Assembly (NCBI GenBank): GCA_963663035.1
Contig: OY760074.1
Coordinates: forward strand, 214,358-278,357
Origin: Acidobacteriota bacterium
GTDB lineage: Bacteria > Acidobacteriota > UBA6911 > RPQK01 > JADFOI01
DNA length: 64,000 bases
Reading direction: 5' to 3'
Shown one piece after another: positions 1 through 9,804 of the stretch (within the stretch, counting starts at the first letter, position 1; every line of letters starts with the position of its first letter). Below the pieces are notes generated by a model, which was not told the origin of the DNA, did no database searches, and worked only from the letters and a program-made list of their open reading frames with translations. The position numbers and the translations under genes were made by a program.

Positions 1-250
1 CAAAGAGAGTCTTTCCCGGCTCCCAGCCGTCGCCAACCGCCCGGTCCCAGTCCTTCTGGAACCGCTGCGCCTGCCCGACAATCACATTGAAACCGTTATC
101 CTTCATGTTGAGCGACTGGGCGGGTCCCTGCACGCCGTAGCCAATGACGGCAATGGTCTCGTCCTTCAGAACCTCGCGAGCCTTATCCAGGGTAAATTCT
201 TCCCGTGTGATGACCGTCTCGACAACTCCACCAAAATCTATCTCAGCCAT
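1..250 (-). CDS. ilvC: Ketol-acid reductoisomerase, N-terminal fragment; the gene continues beyond the window start
   Basis: Reverse-strand translation starting at ATG 248-250 reads [59 protein letters not shown], matching the IlvC N-terminal NADPH-binding region (GxGxQG). Not in the ORF track because it has no stop within the window. Confidence 0.55.
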   Translation of the reverse strand, partial: MAEIDFGGVVETVITREEFTLDKAREVLKDETIAVIGYGVQGPAQSLNMKDNGFNVIVGQAQRFQKDWDRAVGDGWEPGKTLF

Positions 251-386
251 GAGTCACTCCTCTGTTTAGTGGTTAACTGACTGCCGCTGCAGTCTTTCCT
301 ACAAGGCCCTGTAAATGACCACAAATCCAGGCTCCTGTCAAGATGTATGACGTACCCAAGATGGAAACTTTAGATCCTGCAACCGG

Positions 387-1454
387 TCAGCCTCTTCGCC
401 AAAGAACCCGCACTCCATCCACACGCCATTCGTGTCCGCCCTGGCTGTCAATGACCAGGGCGGCCCAAGTTTGTGGCTTGTCCTCCGCGATGCCAACGTC
501 CGCGCACACCAGGCGGTGTCGGAAGCGTGTGAGGATGTGGCCTGGCCGCCCCCCGGGAACAATGCGTACCGGGCTGTGCCCGACCACGAGCCGCCGCCCG
601 CCCAGTCCAGCCAGTACCTTCTTCAGGATCGCTTCCGTCTCGGCTCCGCTGCCCCGAGCGAGCTGCCGGTGCCAGAGTGGCCCATCGGCATGATGAAGGA
701 TCGAGTTTTGTGGGACCGCTCCCAGATGATTTGGCGAGTCCGCCCAGGCCTTTGCCGCCGCGCGGTTGAGCCCATCCACGCCCTGGCGCGCCCAATGGGG
801 CGAGACTCCGCCGTGGACAAAAACTGTGTCCCCCAGGCGCAGCGCGACCGGCAGGCGCCTGATCACCCGACCGATGCGTCCGCGGGGTCCCAGGGCCCGC
901 CGCAGGGCCGCTTTCCCGGGGACGTGCTTCATCTCCCACAAGCGGAAGCGCGGTTCAAGTGGCAGGATGGGTTCGCCCGGCTGGTGCTGGCTGCGCAGGC
1001 GCATGAGCGCCCGCCTTTCGCGCTGGGACCAGGCCTCCCTCTCCCGAGAGGTGGCGAAGGATAGATATTCGCCTGCCGTGCAGTAGGACTCGTCCCCCAG
1101 GGCGGTCATGACCTCGTGGTTGCCGAGGAGGATGGTGACGTTTCCACCGACGGTGCGTGCCTCCTGCTGCAGCCGGATCAGCATCTCGAAGGCCTCTCGA
1201 GCTCCGCTACCTCGGTTGAACACGTCGCCGAGCTGGACGAGGTGGCTGGCGCCGCCTTTCCAGCGGTCGTGTGAGTTGATGAGCCCCGTTCCGCGCAGGA
1301 GGGCTCGGAGCCCGTCGGGCGCTCCGTTGAGGTCTCCAACGACAACGATCCTGGGGGGAAGGGGTCTCGGGGAGGGAATAAGAATCTCCTTTTTCGCAGC
1401 GAGTGTATTGTGGGAGGATAAGGAGGTCAAGGTATCGCCAAAATGGAAAAACAC
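387..1454 (-). CDS. Metallophosphoesterase (calcineurin-like Ser/Thr phosphatase family)
   Basis: 355-aa ORF with GDLNG...GNHE...GH motifs typical of the calcineurin-like phosphoesterase fold. The GTG start at 1454 has no SD; an internal AAGGAG lies about 8 codons upstream of IVVVGDLNG, so the true start is uncertain. Confidence 0.65.
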   Translation of the reverse strand: MFFHFGDTLTSLSSHNTLAAKKEILIPSPRPLPPRIVVVGDLNGAPDGLRALLRGTGLINSHDRWKGGASHLVQLGDVFNRGSGAREAFEMLIRLQQEARTVGGNVTILLGNHEVMTALGDESYCTAGEYLSFATSREREAWSQRERRALMRLRSQHQPGEPILPLEPRFRLWEMKHVPGKAALRRALGPRGRIGRVIRRLPVALRLGDTVFVHGGVSPHWARQGVDGLNRAAAKAWADSPNHLGAVPQNSILHHADGPLWHRQLARGSGAETEAILKKVLAGLGGRRLVVGHSPVRIVPGGRPGHILTRFRHRLVCADVGIAEDKPQTWAALVIDSQGGHEWRVDGVRVLWRRG

Positions 1455-2636
1455 CCGCCCGAGAAAGCCATCATTTTTATCCCTGGCAATTATGGAAGTG
1501 CCCTGAAAAAAAAGACAACCGGGGAGCGGGTCTGGCTGACGGTATCAGAAGGCCTGTGGGGATCCTCCACTCTTGCGCTGGATCAAGATGGGCTCGAGAT
1601 CTCGGGCACGATGGAGCTGATCGAGGATGGGATACTCGGCAACGTCCGTGTTGTCCCACTGGTGTATGTCGTGGATGTCTACGCTTCACTTCTTGAGAGC
1701 CTGGAAGACCGGTTTCAAGGGAAGGCACGGATCATCCCCTTTTCCTATGACTGGAGACAGGACAACTTTAAGGCTGTTACCCAACTGGCCCAGCTGGTCG
1801 ACCAACTCATCGATAGCGGAACCCGTTCCATTTCTATCCTTGCCCACAGCATGGGAGGACTCATTGCCACCTATTACTTGAGGTATGGAGAGCAAAAGCC
1901 TGAAACAACGACTGAATTGCCAGGAGAAAACTGGAATGGTGCCCAAAAAATAGATCGAGTTGTGCTGGCGGGAGTCCCCTTCAGAGGAGCGATGAGTCGC
2001 TTTCAGCACACGCAGACGGGTACAAGATTTGGCCTCAATAAAAGCCTTTTGACAGCCCAGGCCATCTCCTCCCTTCCAGCCACCTATCAACTGCTGCCCT
2101 TCTTCGAGACTTCAAAGATTCTCTCCCAGACCTTGAAGCCGATCCCGAATGTGATTTTCGATCCCCACCACTGGATTCGACATGGATGGGGCCTCATGAA
2201 TGCTCAGGAAGTCAGGCCACAAGCTCTTGAAAATCGAAAAAATTTCACCATACGAGAGTTGAAACGAGCAGATCGATTTTTCCAATTGATTAACCTGCCG
2301 TCCCGCCAAACGGAGAGGGTGCCCACCCAGGTGTTGCATATTTGCGGGAAGGGGCGGCCTACCCTGGCCAAGGCCATCTTGCTGAGGGATCCTGAGGAAA
2401 ATACGGGTCGCCTGTTATTTGATGAGAATGGCCTTCGGAATTCTATACCGGAGCTTACGGCTGACCTTCTTCTTGAAGAGGGTGACGGAAGCCTCACCCT
2501 TGAATCGACCTCTTTGCCTCAGGCCCTCCAAGAGAACTTTCAAGGAGTGTCATTTACAGAGACGAAAACCGGCCACGCAGATATGCTGAAGGACAGGGAA
2601 GTTCAACAGCGGGTTTTCGCCTTTCTGGAGGAGTAG
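1443..2636 (+). CDS. Alpha/beta-hydrolase, LCAT/PGAP1-like lipase-esterase
   Basis: 397 aa. AHSMGG nucleophile-elbow motif. The N-terminal IFIPGNYGS matches LCAT-like lipases. Confidence 0.6.
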   Translation: MEKHPPEKAIIFIPGNYGSALKKKTTGERVWLTVSEGLWGSSTLALDQDGLEISGTMELIEDGILGNVRVVPLVYVVDVYASLLESLEDRFQGKARIIPFSYDWRQDNFKAVTQLAQLVDQLIDSGTRSISILAHSMGGLIATYYLRYGEQKPETTTELPGENWNGAQKIDRVVLAGVPFRGAMSRFQHTQTGTRFGLNKSLLTAQAISSLPATYQLLPFFETSKILSQTLKPIPNVIFDPHHWIRHGWGLMNAQEVRPQALENRKNFTIRELKRADRFFQLINLPSRQTERVPTQVLHICGKGRPTLAKAILLRDPEENTGRLLFDENGLRNSIPELTADLLLEEGDGSLTLESTSLPQALQENFQGVSFTETKTGHADMLKDREVQQRVFAFLEE

Positions 2637-2706
2637 ATTTTTCTTTTTGATTGAAGGAAGAACGGCAAATCGCTAACCTACATACTCGAGAACAGAAGGG
2701 GCAGAC

Positions 2707-2982
2707 ATGGATAGTGGTGAGAAGCAGCGTGCATACTGGAGAAAGAACTTAACCTACCTGGCGATTCTCCTGGGCATCTGGGCCCTGGTGTCGTTTGGCT
2801 TCAGTATCCTGTTCGTCGACGAGCTGGACCGGATTTCTCTGGGCGGCTTCGGGCTCGGATTCTGGTTTGCGCAGCAGGGGGCGATTTACGTCTTCGTCGT
2901 GCTGATCTTTATTTACGTCGCCTTGATGAATCGTCTGGACCGTCGTTACGACGTGGACGATCGGGACGGAAGCGGATCATGA
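2707..2982 (+). CDS. DUF4212-type small membrane subunit associated with sodium:solute symporters
   Basis: 91 aa with two hydrophobic segments. Its stop overlaps the start of the downstream SSF transporter (ATGA), the typical arrangement for this pair. Confidence 0.75.
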   Translation: MDSGEKQRAYWRKNLTYLAILLGIWALVSFGFSILFVDELDRISLGGFGLGFWFAQQGAIYVFVVLIFIYVALMNRLDRRYDVDDRDGSGS

Positions 2983-4670
2983 GTGTTCAGGCCTGGACCT
3001 TTGTGATGGTGGGACTGTCGTTCGCACTCTATATCTGCGTAGCGTTCCTGTCCAAGGCCACCTCCACCAAGGAGTTCTATATCGCCGGTGGTCGTGTCTC
3101 ACCCGTTGTCAATGGGATGGCCACTGCGGCCGACTGGATGTCGGCAGCGTCCTTCATCTCGATGGCTGGGCTCATCTCCTTCATGGGCCGCGACGGATCC
3201 GTCTACCTGCTGGGCTGGACAGGCGGATACGTCTTGCTGGCTCTGCTGTTGGCCCCTTACCTGAGGAAATTCGGTAAGTATACGGTGCCGGATTTCGTAG
3301 GAGATCGTTATTACTCCCAGCTGGCTCGGGTGGTGGCCGTGGTCTGTGCCATCTTCGTGTCCTTCACCTACGTCTCCGGTCAAATGCGCGGCGTGGGCAT
3401 CGTCTTTTCACGCTTTCTGGACGTGGGAATCAATACCGGAGTGCTCATCGGCATGGGGATTGTCCTCTTCTACGCCGTGATGGGGGGGATGCGGGGGATC
3501 ACCTATACCCAGGTGGCGCAGTACTGTGTCCTGATTTTCGCCTATCTGGTACCCGCCATCTTCATTTCGCTGCTGATGACGGATCACCTGATACCCCAGA
3601 TCGGTTTCGGCGCCGCTGTGAACGATGGATCGGGCCAGTATCTGCTGGAGAAGCTCAACAGCCTGAGTCAAGAACTGGGGTTCGCCGTCTACACTTCGGG
3701 TCAGAAGGGCACGCTGGACGTCCTGTTCATTACAGCAGCCTTGATGGTCGGAACCGCTGGCCTCCCCCATGTGATCGTGCGGTTCTTTACCGTGCCCAGA
3801 GTGTCGGCAGCCCGCAGCTCGGCTGGCTGGGCGCTGGTCTTCATCGCGCTGCTCTACACCGCTGCACCGGCGGTGGCCGTGTTCGCCCGAACCAACCTGC
3901 TCAGCACCATCTCCAACGCTGAATACGCGGATGCCCCGTCCTGGTTCACCAATTGGGAGGCTACGGGTCTGATCACCTTCGAGGACAAGAACCAGGATGG
4001 AATCATTCAGTATGTGGGATCCAACAGCGCGGTTGAGAACGAGCTGACCATTGATCGGGACATCATGGTGTTGGCCAATCCGGAGATCGCCGAGCTTCCC
4101 AACTGGGTGACCGGGCTGGTTGCAGCTGGAGGGCTTGCAGCGGCGCTATCGACGGCAGCTGGCCTTCTGTTGGTTATTTCCAGTGCGATTGCACACGACC
4201 TCTTGAAGAAGGGTCTCCGGCCCGGCATCACCGAGAAGGGCGAACTCATCGCGGCTCGCATCTCGGCTGGACTGGCTGTCTGCATCGCAGGCTATTTCGG
4301 CGTCAACCCTCCTGGCTTCGTGGCCGAGGTGGTCGCCTTCGCCTTCGGTCTGGCTGCCTCCTCCTTCTTCCCAGTGATCATACTCGGTATTTTCTCCAAA
4401 CGGATGAACAAGTACGGAGCGATAGCCGGCATGATCGTCGGTATCACCTTCACTGCGGGATACATCGTCTACTTCAAGTTTCTCCATCCAGAACTCAACT
4501 CGGTGGACCACTGGTGGTGGGGCGTTTCCCCGGAAGGGATTGGCACACTCGGCATGCTCTTGAACTTTGCTGTTTCCACTGCCGTCTCGCAGATGACGCC
4601 GCCGCCCCCCCTAGAGGTTCAGCAATTGGTCGAGTCCATCCGGATCCCCCGAGGGGCCGTCAGTTCGTAA
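2979..4670 (+). CDS. Sodium:solute symporter family (SSF) transporter
   Basis: 563-aa polytopic membrane protein with SSF-like N-terminal region (GGRVSPVVNGMATAADWMSAASFIS). Confidence 0.8.
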   Translation: MSVQAWTFVMVGLSFALYICVAFLSKATSTKEFYIAGGRVSPVVNGMATAADWMSAASFISMAGLISFMGRDGSVYLLGWTGGYVLLALLLAPYLRKFGKYTVPDFVGDRYYSQLARVVAVVCAIFVSFTYVSGQMRGVGIVFSRFLDVGINTGVLIGMGIVLFYAVMGGMRGITYTQVAQYCVLIFAYLVPAIFISLLMTDHLIPQIGFGAAVNDGSGQYLLEKLNSLSQELGFAVYTSGQKGTLDVLFITAALMVGTAGLPHVIVRFFTVPRVSAARSSAGWALVFIALLYTAAPAVAVFARTNLLSTISNAEYADAPSWFTNWEATGLITFEDKNQDGIIQYVGSNSAVENELTIDRDIMVLANPEIAELPNWVTGLVAAGGLAAALSTAAGLLLVISSAIAHDLLKKGLRPGITEKGELIAARISAGLAVCIAGYFGVNPPGFVAEVVAFAFGLAASSFFPVIILGIFSKRMNKYGAIAGMIVGITFTAGYIVYFKFLHPELNSVDHWWWGVSPEGIGTLGMLLNFAVSTAVSQMTPPPPLEVQQLVESIRIPRGAVSS

Positions 4671-4689
4671 ACAAGTCAATAAATCGAGC

Positions 4690-4907
4690 CCTAGCGCCCG
4701 CATTATGCTAAAATTTCTGCTACAGTGTCGCAATCATCCGCGCTGACGGCGTTGTGCGACCCGCAAAGCGGGTACCCCTTGCGCTCCTCGACGTACTGCA
4801 AGAGTACGTCTGCGGGGCGCGACCCGCGAGCGGGTACCCCTCACACGCCTTGTCATCGCGGCGCTTGCGCCACTTCGCTACGAAAACCTATGCATAATGC
4901 GGGCTAG
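4690..4907. mobile_element. MITE family A, copy 1 (218 bp, contains an extra internal hairpin module)
   Basis: Terminal IRs CTAGCGCCCGCATTATGCTAAAA ... TATGCATAATGCGGGCTAG. Internal palindromes: GACCCGCAAAGCGGGTAC, GACGTACTGCAAGAGTACGTC and GGCGCTTGCGCC. No ORF. Related copies at 6292, 34401 and 44075. Confidence 0.7.
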
Positions 4908-4913
4908 AGCATA

Positions 4914-5237
4914 GTGATGTTCAAGTTGTTATCGACCTGGCAGAGGACCTTTCTGCTTGCTGTGCTCTGCTGCCTTGTGAGCTTGGCGGTTGTCGTCATC
5001 GCTCTGAACCTGGCTGTCTGGGGAGCGCCCTTACCCATCTTCCTTTTCTTACTTGGGTGGTTGCTGACTGTGGGGCTACCGACCAGTCTTTCAGTTGTTC
5101 TGGTGATGAGCTTCTGGCGGGGGGGTTCCGTGGAGATGTTCGCGCTTGTTGTGGTGAGCCTGGCGCTGGCTCTCACTCTCGTTTGTCTGGTGCTCCTGAG
5201 ACAGATCATCATGCCTGGGTGGAGAACAAAGCCGTGA
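4914..5237 (+). CDS. Small hydrophobic membrane protein (hypothetical)
   Basis: 107 aa, almost entirely hydrophobic. Its TGA stop (5235-5237) overlaps the GTG start (5234) of the downstream gene, suggesting translational coupling. Confidence 0.4.
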   Translation: MMFKLLSTWQRTFLLAVLCCLVSLAVVVIALNLAVWGAPLPIFLFLLGWLLTVGLPTSLSVVLVMSFWRGGSVEMFALVVVSLALALTLVCLVLLRQIIMPGWRTKP

Positions 5238-6295
5238 AGTTGAACCGGAGGAGTTTCCTGGCCTCACTGCTTTGTGCTTCCTCCTGTGCCAATTCTGGCG
5301 GGCTCCATGAAGACCAACCCAGCGAGCCTGTCTTGGACTTCCATGTCCATCTCCTGGGCGTTGGTGACGAAGGGAGTGGATGTTTTTTATCGGAAAGACA
5401 ACGGACTCACTCCTTGAGCAGTGTTACGCCCACCAACTATTCCCTTCTTCTCGGTCTCCTGGGGTTGGAGCAAAACGGGCACATGGACCGCGACTATGTA
5501 GCGGTACTGGTGGACCAGCTGCAAAGGTCCTCGCTGGAGAAGGCGCTGCTGGTGGGGCAAGACGGCCGTTATGACCAGGATGGGATGTTTGATCGAGCCG
5601 CCACCAATTTCTACGTGCCCAACGAGTATCTCCTCAGAGTTGCCAGGGAGCACCCGGATCTGTTCGTTCCCTGTGTTTCGATCAATCCCAAACGACGTGA
5701 TGCCTTGGAGGAGCTGGAACGTTGTGCCGAGGGGGGAGCTCGAGTTCTGAAGATCCATCCACCAACCCAGGATGTGGATCCCGGCCAGGACCGGTTTCGA
5801 CCCTTTTACCGGCGCTTGGCGGAGTTGGACATCCTGCTCATGGTGCACACCGGGGCCGAACACGGTTCTCCCATAGTGGGGGATGACTACAGTGATCCGC
5901 AGCGGCTGGTGCCGGCACTGCAGGAGGGCTGTACGGTGATTGCCGCTCATGCGGGGATGGGTACTTTTCTGGACTCGGTCGATTTCTTTCCTGCTCTTGT
6001 TGAGCTGATCCAGGACTATCCGAGGCTTTATTGCGACTCGTCGGTGCTGGCAGCAACATCCTATTGGCGATCGCTTCCCCGCATCCTGGAGCAAGACCTG
6101 GTGATGGAGAGGCTCATCCATGGGAGTGATTTCCCTTTCCCTTCCAATGCCCTGGCCTTCTGGAATCGACTTCCTCCCATGGATCTGTTGAGGCTCAGCA
6201 GTGAACCCAACCTTTTAGAGCGAGACTTCCGCCTCAAGCTGGCTCTGGGATTACCGGCAGAGGTGTTCGAGCGCGGCGCACGTCTGCTGGGCTAG
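5234..6295 (+). CDS. Amidohydrolase-2 family (TIM-barrel metal-dependent hydrolase), probable lipoprotein
   Basis: GGAGA RBS 8 nt upstream of GTG 5234. N-terminus VKLNRRSFLASLLCASSC gives a signal peptide with lipobox. Body has HVHLLGV...HTGAEHG...AAHAGMG. The 412-aa ORF from 5057 is regarded as an N-terminal over-extension. Confidence 0.6.
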   Translation: MKLNRRSFLASLLCASSCANSGGLHEDQPSEPVLDFHVHLLGVGDEGSGCFLSERQRTHSLSSVTPTNYSLLLGLLGLEQNGHMDRDYVAVLVDQLQRSSLEKALLVGQDGRYDQDGMFDRAATNFYVPNEYLLRVAREHPDLFVPCVSINPKRRDALEELERCAEGGARVLKIHPPTQDVDPGQDRFRPFYRRLAELDILLMVHTGAEHGSPIVGDDYSDPQRLVPALQEGCTVIAAHAGMGTFLDSVDFFPALVELIQDYPRLYCDSSVLAATSYWRSLPRILEQDLVMERLIHGSDFPFPSNALAFWNRLPPMDLLRLSSEPNLLERDFRLKLALGLPAEVFERGARLLG

Positions 6296-6445
6296 CCCGC
6301 ATTATGCATAAATTTTCTGCTACAGTGTCGCAATCATCCGCGCTGACGGCGTTATGCGACCCGCAAGCGGGTACCCCTCACACGCCTTGTCATCGCGGCG
6401 CTTGCGCCACTTCGCTACGAAAACCTATGCATATTGCTGGGCTAG
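6292..6445. mobile_element. MITE family A, copy 2 (154 bp including both CTAG flanks)
   Basis: CTAGCCCGCATTATGCATAAATTTTCTGCTACAGTGTCGC ... CTATGCATATTGCTGGGCTAG. The left CTAG supplies the TAG stop of the amidohydrolase (6293-6295). The right CTAG supplies the TAG stop of the minus-strand acyltransferase (6442-6444). Confidence 0.7.
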
Positions 6446-9399
6446 GGTTGTAAGAAGGTGAAGCCGGATCGCTTCAGGGTTTCCACAAACTCGCTCTCTG
6501 AAGCGACGAAAGCACGGCCCGTGTCCGTGTCCAGGTCGAGAAATTGAACCAAATCAAAAGGGGAGTTACCCGCTTCGAGCCCATCCGCATGAACCTGTAC
6601 GAATGTGTTCACGGGCAAGGTCTGCCGGCCCATAATGGTGGTCAGCGGGAGCGTGAGCATGCCGTCATAGGCGCGGTAAACGAGTTCCGAGCAGACCAGG
6701 AGGTCGGTGGAAAAGAAGTCGAACTCGAAATCATAGGGTTTGCCATGATGGGAGAAGGCACGGGCAATGGCCTCGCGACGTTGAGCGTTGGTCAACCGCG
6801 GTCGGAGTACTGCCACCGCATCCGACTCGCCCACCGCGTGTTCCAGACTGGTGAAGATCACTCCCTCACTCATGGCCTCGATGACGGCATGGGAATGGCC
6901 GGCTGCATCCCGTCTGAGAAAGTCATCCCAATGGGGTGTTACCCGGAGATCATCGGCTACACCCATCTCCTCGAGGGTGTCCGCGTCACCCAAATAAAAG
7001 GCGGCGTGGGGCCAGAATCCCGGTAAGAAGGCGTTGGACAAAAACCAGTTTCTCCGCGCTATGATGATGTCGCCCGGTTGAAGCAGCTGCCGCAGTTCCT
7101 CCACCTGCTCGGGACCAATCAGTCCCTGGTGGCGAGGGCGATCTCTGAGACGGAAGTCGCCGATCCACGTTGAAACCAGTGCCTGGGCCCGATAAAGCGG
7201 GTCCCTCACAGAAAGACGCACTTCCTGGAGGGCCAGCTCCAGCCTGCGGGCACCGATTTGATCGACAGCCTGCTCAATGGCGGGCCCTGCTCCAAGGGCT
7301 GCTTCTACGAGTTCGTCCCAGGGTGGACCGCTTCCGTAAGCACCCGTCTTCTGCAGGCGGTCAAAAGTTTGGGCAGCCTCCTGAAGCTGAGAGACCAACT
7401 CCGCACTGGAGAGGCTGGCCAGCAGGCGGTCGTAGGTGCCTTCTTGAATCTCCCAGGCCGAGTCCCCCTCGTTGAGTTTGCGCTGGGTCTGTTCGTCGTC
7501 GCCGAAGGTATCGACGATGGCGGCTGCCTTTTCCAGAAGTGTGGCCGCACTTGCATAGGCAAGCAAAAAGGCACGCCCCTCCATCTGGCCTTCCATTGAA
7601 TCATCGTGCGCTGCCCGGTAGGTCCAGACAGTCCGCAGGAGTGCCGTGCGCAGGTTGAGGTAAGTCAAGAGTAGCTGGTGGATGGCATCGTCATCCTCCT
7701 GGCTATAGAAGCTGCCTTCTCCCCTCGAGAACGATTCACGCAGATTGTGCATGCCCTCTTCCAAGCGATCCAGTTCGGCGATGGCAGCGGCCGTACCGCG
7801 GCCATCGGATTCAAGCCTGGCAGTGACCAGGACAGGATCCTGATTGCGCAGTTCGTACCAGAGCGAGGGAGCCTGGGAAAGATCCTCCACCCCACGATCG
7901 CGCAGCTGGGCCACAAAAAAACCGAGCAGAATCAGTAACACAGCCAGCAGTACAGCGAAGGCCGTGCGCAGGGGTAGAGGCCGACGAGGAGGAAGGCCCG
8001 ACCATCCCAGCACTTCCACCCGGTATCGATCGCGCATATGGTCCATGCGCAGGAGAAGATCACTCTGGGCCTGAGCCACCCGGGTGACGGCACCGAGCTT
8101 CATCCAAGAACTCACACGTCCTTCCAGATGAGAGAATAGCTTCCAGACGCGGAGGATATAAAAGCGGGCAAAGAGTCCGGTGGGGATCAGTAAGAGGGTG
8201 AAGGCAATGGTTGCGGCAACAGAGGAGTAAAGAGACAGCAACCAAATCTCGAGCCCGTAAAACAGGGGGAATGCAATTATACCCACCAGGATATGGAAGA
8301 ATGAAAGCGTCGGGGGGTGTTTCGTTTTGGACAGGATCTTATTGCTGACTCCCCTGGTCAGGTAGTAGGGAATGGCTCCGGTGAGAAAGCCGAACAGTGC
8401 TGGTATGGCGCCCAGGAGAACTTCGGCGGCCACCTGAAGCGGGGCCAACGGCCCGGGCAGCAGGCGGGCAGCTTCCTCCAGGAGCCGGCGGTCCACCCCG
8501 GCCTTCTCACGGAGTCTCTCGTAACGCTCCAGTTTGCGTTCAATCTCTGTGACAGCATCCGGGTCTGCTTGGGCGTAATGGTTGAGGCAGTCTGCCGTCC
8601 TGTAAAGGAGCTCCCCCCGAAGGCCCTTTCGGTCCACCCCAGCCAGTCCAGTTTTTCGTACGCGCTGGAGATAGACATCTACCAGCCGCTCCACCAAGGG
8701 CAGGTTTTCTTGTGATTCCACTTGGAAGGCAAGCTTCTTGAGGGCAGAGTCGATCCCTCCGGTCAATTCCCGGATGGCCTGGCGCGGATTCTCGGCGTGG
8801 AGCGGGGCGAGATCCGCGATCTTGAGCGGTTCTCCAAAGCGGACGAACGCATCGGCCCGGAATTTTCGGCGGGGCTCGAACTGAAGTCCGACCGGGACAA
8901 TCCGAAGACCCAGGGTAAAGTCGGTAGCCGACTCCGCCTTCAGAGCGATGCGTGCCGCCCCCGTCTTGATGGGTACCACCTGGGGATCGTCCTGACTGAT
9001 GCCCTCGGGAAAGATGGCGGTGGCAAGCTTCTGGTCAAGGAGTTCGGCGTAGCGGTCCAGGGCCTCCAGATTGCGTCTCCCACCCCGCGGATCGTCCTGG
9101 GCGCGCACCAGTGGAATGGCCCCGAAGGCCTCCAAAACGGTTCCCAGAGGACCGTAAAAGAGTGTGTGCTTTGCCCCAAAGTGCAGGGGCCGAGCAATCA
9201 GATGAACCAAAATGGCAGGGTCGAGCAGGGAGTTGGGGTGATTGGCCACCAGAAGGACTGCGCCTTTTCTGGGGATTAATTCCGCCCCCTGCACCTGGAT
9301 GGAACGGTAGTACACCCGAAAGACGAGTCGGAGGAGTGCCTTAATGAGGAAACGGACCCACTGCTGGAAGGAGGTCATGATGAACCCAATGTGTACCAA
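6442..9399 (-). CDS. Multidomain membrane protein: N-terminal PlsC-type lysophospholipid acyltransferase, central TM region, C-terminal YiiX-like permuted papain-fold domain
   Basis: 985 aa. N-terminus has ANHPNSLLD (HxxxxD acyltransferase motif) and FPEG. The C-terminus GDIIIARRNWFLSNAFLPGFWPHAAFYLG...CSELVYRAYDG resembles the YiiX/DUF830 permuted NlpC-P60-like fold. Confidence 0.55.
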   Translation of the reverse strand: MVHIGFIMTSFQQWVRFLIKALLRLVFRVYYRSIQVQGAELIPRKGAVLLVANHPNSLLDPAILVHLIARPLHFGAKHTLFYGPLGTVLEAFGAIPLVRAQDDPRGGRRNLEALDRYAELLDQKLATAIFPEGISQDDPQVVPIKTGAARIALKAESATDFTLGLRIVPVGLQFEPRRKFRADAFVRFGEPLKIADLAPLHAENPRQAIRELTGGIDSALKKLAFQVESQENLPLVERLVDVYLQRVRKTGLAGVDRKGLRGELLYRTADCLNHYAQADPDAVTEIERKLERYERLREKAGVDRRLLEEAARLLPGPLAPLQVAAEVLLGAIPALFGFLTGAIPYYLTRGVSNKILSKTKHPPTLSFFHILVGIIAFPLFYGLEIWLLSLYSSVAATIAFTLLLIPTGLFARFYILRVWKLFSHLEGRVSSWMKLGAVTRVAQAQSDLLLRMDHMRDRYRVEVLGWSGLPPRRPLPLRTAFAVLLAVLLILLGFFVAQLRDRGVEDLSQAPSLWYELRNQDPVLVTARLESDGRGTAAAIAELDRLEEGMHNLRESFSRGEGSFYSQEDDDAIHQLLLTYLNLRTALLRTVWTYRAAHDDSMEGQMEGRAFLLAYASAATLLEKAAAIVDTFGDDEQTQRKLNEGDSAWEIQEGTYDRLLASLSSAELVSQLQEAAQTFDRLQKTGAYGSGPPWDELVEAALGAGPAIEQAVDQIGARRLELALQEVRLSVRDPLYRAQALVSTWIGDFRLRDRPRHQGLIGPEQVEELRQLLQPGDIIIARRNWFLSNAFLPGFWPHAAFYLGDADTLEEMGVADDLRVTPHWDDFLRRDAAGHSHAVIEAMSEGVIFTSLEHAVGESDAVAVLRPRLTNAQRREAIARAFSHHGKPYDFEFDFFSTDLLVCSELVYRAYDGMLTLPLTTIMGRQTLPVNTFVQVHADGLEAGNSPFDLVQFLDLDTDTGRAFVASESEFVETLKRSGFTFLQP

Positions 9400-9465
9400 G
9401 GAGTATAGACGAGTGGGGAAGAAGAAGAAAGAGGGGACAGTTGACTCTCTTCCCTCGTTTGCGTG

Positions 9466-9804
9466 TTAACCAGCGATGATTTCGTTTAGACCTTCGACCA
9501 GTTGATCCAACTCCTCGGGTGGCAGGCGTCCGAGCCTTTTTCCCAGGCGCTTAACCGAAAGCGTACGAACCTGGCTGATCTTGACCCAGGAGGGCGTCTT
9601 CAGGCCACTGAGTCTCACCTGTAATGTGAGCGGAAAACCGGCTTGCTGCGGTTTGTTGGTGAGGGCCATCGCAATGACAGTGCCTGACCTCTCGTTAAAA
9701 ATCTCTTGGCTTATGACCACAACCGGGCGATGGCCCGCCTGCTCATTTCCTTGGACCGGATTAAGGTCCGCCCAGAGAATGTCTCCTCTTAGTACTCGGG
9801 CCAT
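9466..9804 (-). CDS. mazF: MazF/PemK-family type II toxin endoribonuclease
   Basis: 112 aa. [24 protein letters not shown] is the canonical PemK/MazF N-terminus. Confidence 0.8.
   Translation of the reverse strand: MARVLRGDILWADLNPVQGNEQAGHRPVVVISQEIFNERSGTVIAMALTNKPQQAGFPLTLQVRLSGLKTPSWVKISQVRTLSVKRLGKRLGRLPPEELDQLVEGLNEIIAG

Noticed and set aside
432-1064. Long ORFs on the strand opposite to confident genes (e.g. 432-1064, 5387-6121, 13123-13905, 11639-12091, 47602-48528, 63431-63754)
   Set aside because: GC-rich DNA gives long stop-free antisense frames. These have no recognisable motifs, overlap genes with clear family signatures, and are compositionally Ala/Arg/Gly/Pro-rich in the way shadow ORFs are.
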